Of a DNA stretch of 64,000 nt, positions 39,769 through 47,275 are shown piece after piece. Every line of letters begins with the position of its first letter. Within the stretch, counting starts at the first letter, position 1. A program made the translations under genes and the position numbers. The notes under the pieces were generated by a model. The model was not told the DNA's origin and made no database searches. It saw only the letters and a program-made list of their open reading frames with translations. This stretch comes from Candidatus Omnitrophota bacterium (lineage in GTDB: Bacteria; Omnitrophota; Gorgyraeia; Gygaellales; Profunditerraquicolaceae): positions 3 to 64,002 of the forward strand of contig JBAZGA010000001.1 in assembly GCA_041653115.1 (NCBI GenBank), in the 5' to 3' direction.

Positions 39769-40500
39769 ATGAAAAAAGATCGTCTGTTTGCAAGGTTAAA
39801 TAAAAAGAGTAAAGCATTTAATTTTGGGAAAGATACCGCAGAAGTTTTTGATGATATGCTTATACGCAGTGTCCCTTTCTATGAAGAGACGCAGAGGATG
39901 ATGGTTGAGATTGCCAAGAGTTTTGCACAACCCAAGAGCAATATCTATGATTTGGGTTGTTCTACCGGCGCCACCTTGTCCGGCTTAGCCAAGTCAATTC
40001 AGGATGAGACTGTTAGAATTGTCGGCGTTGATAATTCACAAGCGATGCTTTCTAAGGCAAGAATAAATTTAAGAAAGAAAGGTTATCTTAACCGCTGCGC
40101 TTTGCAAAAAGGCGATCTAAATGAAAACATTAAATTTAATAACGCGAGTGTAGTTATAATGAATTTAACTTTACAATTTGTAAGGCCTTTGCACCGGGAC
40201 AGCCTGATAACAGATATATATAGAGGCCTTCGAAAGAATGGATGCCTGATTCTCATAGAGAAAGTATTGGGAGAAAACTTAATTTTTAATCAGGCTTTTA
40301 TAAATTTATATTACGATTTTAAAAGAAGGCATGGTTATTCGGAGCTTGAGATTGCTCAAAAGAGAGAAGCCCTGGAAAATGTGTTGATTCCATATAGGAT
40401 CAGGGAAAATCTGTTACTTTTAAACAGGAATGGTTTTAAAGAGACTGATATATTTTTTAAGTGGTATAATTTTTGCGGCCTGCTGGCATTAAAAATATAA
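39769..40500 (+). CDS. cmoA: CmoA-family carboxy-S-adenosyl-L-methionine (Cx-SAM) synthase homolog
   Basis: Strong collinear similarity to CmoA, judged from memory of the E. coli sequence: 'TAEVFDDMLIRSVPFYEE', 'IYDLGCSTGATLSGL', 'VDNSQAMLSKAR', 'ASVVIMNLTLQFVRP', 'YDFKRRHGYSELEIAQKREALENVL' and 'WYNFCGLLALK'. RBS AAGGAG lies 8 nt upstream of ATG 39769. Confidence 0.7.
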   Translation: MKKDRLFARLNKKSKAFNFGKDTAEVFDDMLIRSVPFYEETQRMMVEIAKSFAQPKSNIYDLGCSTGATLSGLAKSIQDETVRIVGVDNSQAMLSKARINLRKKGYLNRCALQKGDLNENIKFNNASVVIMNLTLQFVRPLHRDSLITDIYRGLRKNGCLILIEKVLGENLIFNQAFINLYYDFKRRHGYSELEIAQKREALENVLIPYRIRENLLLLNRNGFKETDIFFKWYNFCGLLALKI

Positions 40501-40506
40501 GGAGCA

Positions 40507-41550
40507 ATGATGGGATTTTCAGAAAAGGATTTAATTAGACGGATAGAGTCGGATATCAAGTTGCAATGTAATACAAAAGATGAGCTGATTCCAGGTAATT
40601 TAGGTAATTCTTGGGAACCGATATTTTTAAAAGAAACCGGAAATTTGATAAATCACGATTTATCAATTAATCTGAACGTTCTTAAGAATTTCAGAAAATC
40701 ATTTGTTTTACTTGTTGATTTCCCGATAGGCAGGCAATATCTAAATATCAGAAATTTACTGGATGGTCAAAGAAGGGGGCAACAAAAAGTTATTAAGAGA
40801 CACTGGCAAATTATAAAAGAGCATAATTATGATTATTTACTGAAGAGGTATCCCTGTTCTTTAGTCGGGAACCCCTATATTTATAGATATAATGGATATT
40901 CCTTTACCTGGCGATGGATTAAGAATGTTTATTATGCAGGGCTCTTTAAAAAAATTTTAGCAGAAAAAATAAGACAGGATTTTATAATTATGGATATTGG
41001 TTGTGGTTACGGGATATTTTCTTATATATTAAAGAATGAGTTTCAAAAAAGTCACCATGTTCTGGTCGACCTTCCTCAGCAGCTTGTTTTAGCACATTAT
41101 TTCTTAGCTAAACATTTCCCCGATGCGAGAATCGCAACTTACAAAGATATTTTTGAGGTAAATAAAATTGACCGTAATTTTTTGAATAAATACGATTTTA
41201 TTTTAATTCCCTGGCATATGTATACTAAAATAGAGCAAGGGAGTATAGATGTCTTGACTAACTTTGTATCTTTCGCCGAGATGGGGAGAAAGTATTTTGA
41301 CTATTATTTAAAACAAGAGCCATTCTTGAGTGTCAAGTACTTTTTTACCATCAATCGCTTTGTTTCTGCCCCGACATATGATAACGGGCTGACCATACTG
41401 GATTATCAGCTCGCTTCTTTCAGGGCGCTGCATTTTGCCATATTTCCTTTGGTTATGGAGAGATATAGAAGAAGCCGCTTTTTTTTCTATAAATACTTTC
41501 CGCACGAATCTCAACTTTTTGAGTTTATCGGAGAAAGACAGAAAATATGA
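40507..41550 (+). CDS. Class I methyltransferase-fold protein with a long N-terminal extension (candidate CmoB-like carboxymethyl/methyl transferase)
   Basis: 'IIMDIGCGYGIFSYIL' is motif I, about 165 aa from the N-terminus, followed by 'LVDLPQQLVLAHYFLAKHFPD'. The layout (a ~120 to 160 aa N-terminal region, then the Rossmann fold) and some aromatic-rich stretches are reminiscent of CmoB. RBS AAGGAG is present upstream, and the gene sits immediately downstream of the cmoA homolog. Confidence 0.4.
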   Translation: MMGFSEKDLIRRIESDIKLQCNTKDELIPGNLGNSWEPIFLKETGNLINHDLSINLNVLKNFRKSFVLLVDFPIGRQYLNIRNLLDGQRRGQQKVIKRHWQIIKEHNYDYLLKRYPCSLVGNPYIYRYNGYSFTWRWIKNVYYAGLFKKILAEKIRQDFIIMDIGCGYGIFSYILKNEFQKSHHVLVDLPQQLVLAHYFLAKHFPDARIATYKDIFEVNKIDRNFLNKYDFILIPWHMYTKIEQGSIDVLTNFVSFAEMGRKYFDYYLKQEPFLSVKYFFTINRFVSAPTYDNGLTILDYQLASFRALHFAIFPLVMERYRRSRFFFYKYFPHESQLFEFIGERQKI

Positions 41551-42482
41551 TACCCCGGAATAATGAATTGCGTTTTGAGATAGCCACTAAATGTAATTAT
41601 CATTGTCTGATCTGCCCCCGTAATAGCATTACTCGTAAACAAGAAATTATGAGCTTAGGTTTATTTAAGAAATTATTGGATAAAATAACCAGTGAGACCT
41701 CTCAATATGATACTTTAACCTTTCCCGGCATGGGTGAGCCATTATTAGACCCTACCATAGAAGACAAGGTTGCTTACGCAAGAAATAAAAAATTCAAAAT
41801 TTTAATTTTGACAAATGGTTCCTTGCTTTCGATTAACAAATTTAATAATTTGGAAGCTCTGGGCGTAGAATCCATAAGAGTAAGTATATATGGCAACGAT
41901 CCCGTAACATACGCAAAGGTGCATGGCCTTAAAAATGGAAAAGTATTCGAAAAGATTAGGTCAAATTTAACCCAGATAGCAAAAATAAAGAAAAAAACCA
42001 AGCTTTTATTAACCTTTAATGTCGTTAATGGGCTGAATGAAGATTGCCTATCTTCCTGGATAGGATACTGGAAAGATAAGGCAGATTTATTAGAGGTGTG
42101 GCGTCCGCATAATTGGGTTAATGGGCGGTCTTACCGGCAGATACAAAACGAGAGACTAAAGACCTGCGGAAGGCCCTGGAATACTCCTTTACAGATTCAG
42201 GTAGACGGTACTGTGAATATGTGCTGTTTTGACTTTAACGGAGAGCTTACTCTTGGGGATTTAAAAAAGCAAAGCCTTAAGGAGGTATTTTCTTCGCCAC
42301 TTTATAAAAAAATCATAAGGCATCATAAGACGGGTGATTTTAAAAATAGTCATTTAATCTGTGAAATGTGCGATCAGAGGAACTCGGATAAAGCAGGGGT
42401 GATGGTATATAGCTCAAATTCTAACATTGATGAACGAATCAGGCAATATTCAACGACGTACATAAATTTTAAAACCCAATAA
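41547..42482 (+). CDS. Radical SAM protein with SPASM-like C-terminal domain
   Basis: 'EIATKCNYHCLICPRNS' (CxxxCxxC) and a C-terminal 'CGRPWNTP...NMCCFDF' auxiliary-cluster-like region. Confidence 0.6.
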   Translation: MIPRNNELRFEIATKCNYHCLICPRNSITRKQEIMSLGLFKKLLDKITSETSQYDTLTFPGMGEPLLDPTIEDKVAYARNKKFKILILTNGSLLSINKFNNLEALGVESIRVSIYGNDPVTYAKVHGLKNGKVFEKIRSNLTQIAKIKKKTKLLLTFNVVNGLNEDCLSSWIGYWKDKADLLEVWRPHNWVNGRSYRQIQNERLKTCGRPWNTPLQIQVDGTVNMCCFDFNGELTLGDLKKQSLKEVFSSPLYKKIIRHHKTGDFKNSHLICEMCDQRNSDKAGVMVYSSNSNIDERIRQYSTTYINFKTQ

Positions 42483-42504
42483 GTATTTATAAGAATTAAA
42501 TAAA

Positions 42505-43647
42505 ATGAATAGAATAATAAAAAAAGCTTTTCCCGAAAACATAAAAGCGCCTTTACGAAAAATAAGAGGCGTATATCGAGGGACTCTCGCTGCATATAAA
42601 AAATACGCAGTTCCAAAATTCTTAATTCATTTTGTCACAACTAGATGTCAGTTAAATTGCAAGCATTGTTTTTGTCCCTCTGAGTCAGACGCTTCCTCAA
42701 AAGATAAGCTTTCTTTGTCAGAACTAAAAAAGGTAATTTTGTCTTTTAATGCCCCCATTGATACGGTCGTTTTAACCGGGGGAGAGCCGTTTTTGCATAA
42801 AGACTTAGTCGAGATGGCGCTATTGTATAATTCACTGAATAAAGCCAGGATCATCTCAATAAATACGAACGGATATGCCACAGATACGATCGTTAATAGC
42901 GTCAATAAAATACTGAATGATTTAGATAATAATTCATGCCTCTCTCTGCAGGTTTCGCTCGATGGCCCTGAGAGGATTCATAATGATATCCGAGGCAATC
43001 CGTATTCATTCCAAAATGCCGCTGAAACAATAAGACGCCTTAAAAAAATACAGGTAGCGAATGATAAAATGCATATTCATACGTTATGTATAATTAATCA
43101 AAAAAATTGCAATTATCTAAAGGAATTGTCCAGCTATTGTATGGAAAATCTTAATATGCCTATCTATTTTGAGCTGGTGAGGAGAAATATCTGTGATTTT
43201 CATTCAGTAGAGTATAAACCAAGGGATGGATTAACCGGCGATTTATCTTTTGATTTAAAACGAGCCTTTAATGATATCGTACATATTTATAATCAGCAGG
43301 ATAAGCGCTTTAAAAGCAAATCCTGTTCAAGCATGATAGGCAAAATAAGGGATGAATTTACTATTGCCCGGGAAGGCAAGAGGTTATTTGCATGCATGGC
43401 GGGCAACTACGCAGGCGCACTCTTCAGCAACGGAGATGTGAGCCCCTGTGAATTATTGGATTTCCGCCTTAACTTAAGAGACTTTGATTATAATTTCCCA
43501 AAGATCTGGAATTCACCCCGGATGCGAGCCGTTGTTGAGAAAATAAGGCGTTCCTGCTTTTGTACCCTTGGCTGTTTTGTCGGTTTATCGCGTCAAAGGA
43601 TTGACTATCAACTGAAAACACTTTTTGCCAAACCGAAATTTTTATAA
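42505..43647 (+). CDS. Radical SAM protein with SPASM-like C-terminal domain
   Basis: 'VTTRCQLNCKHCFC' (CxxxCxxC), and C-terminal 'CMAGNYAGALFSNGDVSPCE' plus 'CFCTLGCFVG'. Confidence 0.6.
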   Translation: MNRIIKKAFPENIKAPLRKIRGVYRGTLAAYKKYAVPKFLIHFVTTRCQLNCKHCFCPSESDASSKDKLSLSELKKVILSFNAPIDTVVLTGGEPFLHKDLVEMALLYNSLNKARIISINTNGYATDTIVNSVNKILNDLDNNSCLSLQVSLDGPERIHNDIRGNPYSFQNAAETIRRLKKIQVANDKMHIHTLCIINQKNCNYLKELSSYCMENLNMPIYFELVRRNICDFHSVEYKPRDGLTGDLSFDLKRAFNDIVHIYNQQDKRFKSKSCSSMIGKIRDEFTIAREGKRLFACMAGNYAGALFSNGDVSPCELLDFRLNLRDFDYNFPKIWNSPRMRAVVEKIRRSCFCTLGCFVGLSRQRIDYQLKTLFAKPKFL

Positions 43648-43648
43648 A

Positions 43649-44623
43649 ATGGTTATTGCTGATAGAGCTATGGCGGTATCTTACGTAATTCCCGTTTTTA
43701 ACCGCTCCCGTTATATAAAAGAAGTTATAGAAGCAATAAACCGGCAGAGCGGCATTAACCGTTCTGAGGTTATCATAATTGACGATGCCTCATCCGATAA
43801 CCCGGAGAAAGAAATAAATCCATTCAAACAGGATAATATCAAAGTTTTTTTTAATCGCCAAAACATGGGTGCTGCTTATTCAAGAAATTTAGGTTTCAGA
43901 ATGTCAAAACATGAATATATCGCTTTTATCGACAGCGATGTAATCCTCCTGCCCGATACAACGGTTAAAATGCTTGAAATTTGTCAGGAATACGACATCG
44001 CGCATGTTGTGCCATTTTGGCCCAACGGCAAACCGATTGTTTCATTAGAAAACAGCAAAGAGTATCCCAGGATATCGGCCTGTTATATGATGAAAAAAGA
44101 AACCCTGCAATATCTGGACAGAATCGGTCAGTTATACGATGAGAATTACGGTATCTACCTTGAAGATATTGATTTTTTCTTCCGTTGCTCTCTTTTCGGC
44201 CTAAAGGCAAAGTGTATCGAAGAGATGAATGCACTCCATATTGCATTCGATTTCACTAAAGACACAAGCTACAGGCATTACCTTTGCTTAAGAAACAATA
44301 TCTATTCCAATATAAAATACCTGCGTATAAAAATACCTGGTAAGCCGGATTTTAAAAATGTCTTTTCATTTAAATCTATAATTTTAAAAATAATAGCGAT
44401 GCTATTTAACTACGATCTTTATAAAAAGTATTCTGCCCAGATATCCGGAAAAAAAAGACATCTTAATAATATTCAATGGATGCGGGATCCATCCCTGAAG
44501 ATTACAAGCAGGCATCTGCTTCTTTTTTTTCTGATTCCAAGGGCTATTTTATGGAATATTTTGAATATACATTCCCCTCTAAAAAAGGGGAAACAGCTTG
44601 CCAAACTGATATGCCAAAAATAA
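43649..44623 (+). CDS. Family 2 glycosyltransferase
   Basis: 'VSYVIPVFNRSRYIKEVIEAINRQSGINRSEVIIIDDASSDN' and 'IDSDV' (DxD). ATG 43649 immediately follows the upstream stop. Confidence 0.65.
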   Translation: MVIADRAMAVSYVIPVFNRSRYIKEVIEAINRQSGINRSEVIIIDDASSDNPEKEINPFKQDNIKVFFNRQNMGAAYSRNLGFRMSKHEYIAFIDSDVILLPDTTVKMLEICQEYDIAHVVPFWPNGKPIVSLENSKEYPRISACYMMKKETLQYLDRIGQLYDENYGIYLEDIDFFFRCSLFGLKAKCIEEMNALHIAFDFTKDTSYRHYLCLRNNIYSNIKYLRIKIPGKPDFKNVFSFKSIILKIIAMLFNYDLYKKYSAQISGKKRHLNNIQWMRDPSLKITSRHLLLFFLIPRAILWNILNIHSPLKKGKQLAKLICQK

Positions 44624-46443
44624 TAATATCCATAAATAATAAGAAGCTGCGCAACTTTCTAAATGGTAATAGGGATAATTTTACCGTTCTCAAGGCAGAT
44701 AGCAAAGATAGCAATACGCAGCAATTTTTATCTGAACATAACACCATAGATATATATGATATACCTCAGGCCAGCCGGGATGATTTTGTGCAGTCCTATT
44801 TATCTTTAATCGAAGAACTTTCTTTAATGAATAATGATAAATACTGGTGGGCTTATTCTACTTCTTCAAAAAACAGGCACATGTCAAAGCTGTTTGATCA
44901 CCTGTATATATTTGTATTAATCACAAATGTTATTGAAAAGGTTAAAGAGAGAAATATTATTATCCTGAATCCTCCCAACAGTATCATCAAGCCCCTGGCA
45001 AGATACCTCGATCATAAAAAGAGAGAAACCAGAATAATCGGCAGAATCGGTTTTCCCGATTATCACGAGGCTTTATTTGTTAATATTAATTTCTTCGTAA
45101 ATACGGCTATCAGGATTTATTATATTACCTTCCGCATAATCTTATCGAAAATTCTGCTTTTACATAAATATAACAGGCTTATTTCAGAAAATAAAAGATG
45201 GTTTGTTTTTAGGAGCTGGTTTAATAATCAATCATTCCCGAAAGGCGGGGCTTACCATGATTCATTCTTTGGAGAATTATGTCAATACTTAAAAGAGAGG
45301 AACAGGCCCGTTTTATTAATTGTAGGTATGTTCGGGGTTAAGTTTAGAAATGCTATTTTTGCAATAGCAAAAATAAAAGATTATAGCGTGTTTCCTGTGG
45401 AGTTTTTTTTAAAATGGTCTGATTTATTAAAAGCCATGATTGACGCTTTGAAATCTAAAGTGGTATTAAAAAGAAGCATTCATTTTAAGAATAATCTTGA
45501 TATTTCGGACATAATCCAATATCACCTAAATATAGATTTCTCAAATACCTTATTTTTGAATATACTTTATTTCTATATTTCTAAAAACCTGGCAAATAAT
45601 ATTTTAATAGAGCGGATTTTCTTAACCTCGGAGAATAATTGCTGGGAGAAGATGTGTATTCAGGCGATAAGAGATTTTTCCCGTTTGACGAAGATAATCG
45701 GCTTTCCGCATGCCATAGTTTCACCGGCTAAGTTAAGCATGATATTGAGTGAATATGAGAAAGAAAAGATGCCATTGCCCGATACGCTGGTCACGAATGG
45801 AGAGATTACCAAAGATTTACTTATTAATACCGGGAAATACGATACCAGTATGATTAAGGCGGGTTGTGCATTAAAGTATAAAAAAATTTTAGACCTCAAA
45901 TTAAAAACAAGAAAAATAAGCAATGAAAGAACTTTCCTTGCGGCATTTGAAGGCGTTAACGAATCCGCAGAATTGATAAATTTTATTTATGATTGCTTTA
46001 AAGAAAGTTCCGCCCATAAAGTAATTATTAGACCGCATCCAGCTTTGCCTATAATAAAAATAAGGCAGTATTTAAGGTTTCACCCAGACAGGTTGCCGAA
46101 AAATTTTTCAATAAGCATAAGTAAAGAAAGAAGCCTGATAGATGATTTGTCAATCGCGGATTTCTTATTATACAATGGTTCTACTGTTTCTATAGAAGCG
46201 CTGGCCATGGGAATACCCGTTATCTATATTGATTTAAAGAAGGCGGTCTGCAGCGATCCACTATTTAGTTGTAATTATCTAAAAAAAATAGCAAGCACCA
46301 AAACAGAGTTACAGTTTGCTATAGATTTTTTTAATACTATGGACTCAGGCGAATTTACCAAACAACAGCGGTTAGCAAATGATTATACCAGAAGATATTT
46401 TTACCCCGTTAATGAAAAAAATTTACAAGTATTTCTACAATAA
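44611..46443 (+). CDS. Hypothetical large protein, putative GT-B-like glycosyltransferase (TagF/KpsS-like C-terminus); start uncertain (44476, 44551 or 44611)
   Basis: C-terminal 'IADFLLYNGSTVSIEALAMGIPVIYIDL' matches the same donor-binding-like pattern seen in the ORFs at 6122 and 35198. No other recognisable family was found by eye. Confidence 0.3.
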   Translation: MPKIIISINNKKLRNFLNGNRDNFTVLKADSKDSNTQQFLSEHNTIDIYDIPQASRDDFVQSYLSLIEELSLMNNDKYWWAYSTSSKNRHMSKLFDHLYIFVLITNVIEKVKERNIIILNPPNSIIKPLARYLDHKKRETRIIGRIGFPDYHEALFVNINFFVNTAIRIYYITFRIILSKILLLHKYNRLISENKRWFVFRSWFNNQSFPKGGAYHDSFFGELCQYLKERNRPVLLIVGMFGVKFRNAIFAIAKIKDYSVFPVEFFLKWSDLLKAMIDALKSKVVLKRSIHFKNNLDISDIIQYHLNIDFSNTLFLNILYFYISKNLANNILIERIFLTSENNCWEKMCIQAIRDFSRLTKIIGFPHAIVSPAKLSMILSEYEKEKMPLPDTLVTNGEITKDLLINTGKYDTSMIKAGCALKYKKILDLKLKTRKISNERTFLAAFEGVNESAELINFIYDCFKESSAHKVIIRPHPALPIIKIRQYLRFHPDRLPKNFSISISKERSLIDDLSIADFLLYNGSTVSIEALAMGIPVIYIDLKKAVCSDPLFSCNYLKKIASTKTELQFAIDFFNTMDSGEFTKQQRLANDYTRRYFYPVNEKNLQVFLQ

Positions 46444-47275
46444 GGAAAATTCTTTAGAAGAAAATAATACCAAAAAAAAGTATAGTTTCTTATGGTCAAG
46501 ATATCAGAATAAAGAAGCGCCGGAGACATACCATTTTAATCATGTCCAGGAAGTTATACCCGATAAAATTGTTAGAGGCAGGTTAGGCATAGATATAGGC
46601 TGCGGCTGCGGCTGGGATACGCATATCATGGCTAAAGATAATCCTGCAGTTCGTATCGTTGGAATAGATATAAGCGAGGGGATTAGCACGGCCTTTAGAT
46701 TAAATAAAAATTTAGAAAATGTAAATATTCTAAAGGCTTCAGCATTACATATTCCATTAGAAGATAAAATATGCGATTTTGCCTATTCTTTTGGGGTCTT
46801 GCATCATTTGCCGGACTACAAGAAAGGTCTTCTGGAAATAAAGAGGGTCCTGAAAAAATCATCCCCCTGTTTCTTATATTTATATGAGGATCATTCTGAA
46901 CGGCCTATTAAGCATATTCTTCTTAAATTAGTGACATCTTTGCGTAAAATAACTATCAGAATCCCCGCGAGAGTCCTTTATATTTTCTCATTATTGCTTT
47001 CCCCCGCGGTGGTATTATTTATTACATATCCTGCGAAGTTTTTTAAAAAATTCAGGTTTACCTACAAGATATATGAAAATACGCCTTTTAATTTTGGAGA
47101 TTCGTTATTTTCTTTATCCGGGGATCTTTATGACAGGTTTTCCGCTCCGATAGAACATAGGTTCAGCAGGGATGAACTCTATAAATTATTTCAGGAGCTC
47201 AATTTTTATGATATCAATATTACCAAACTAAAAGCGACTGCGGGTTGGGTTGTCTGGGGGTATAATAGTGATTAG
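46412..47275 (+). CDS. Class I SAM-dependent methyltransferase
   Basis: 'GIDIGCGCGWDTHIMAK' (motif I) and 'VLKKSSPCFLYLYE'. Confidence 0.55.
   Translation: MKKIYKYFYNKENSLEENNTKKKYSFLWSRYQNKEAPETYHFNHVQEVIPDKIVRGRLGIDIGCGCGWDTHIMAKDNPAVRIVGIDISEGISTAFRLNKNLENVNILKASALHIPLEDKICDFAYSFGVLHHLPDYKKGLLEIKRVLKKSSPCFLYLYEDHSERPIKHILLKLVTSLRKITIRIPARVLYIFSLLLSPAVVLFITYPAKFFKKFRFTYKIYENTPFNFGDSLFSLSGDLYDRFSAPIEHRFSRDELYKLFQELNFYDINITKLKATAGWVVWGYNSD

Noticed and set aside
46595-46615. Tandem 'ggctgc' ×3 repeat
   Set aside because: It lies within the methyltransferase motif I coding sequence (encodes GCGCGW). It is a trivial coding repeat, not a regulatory or mobile-element repeat.
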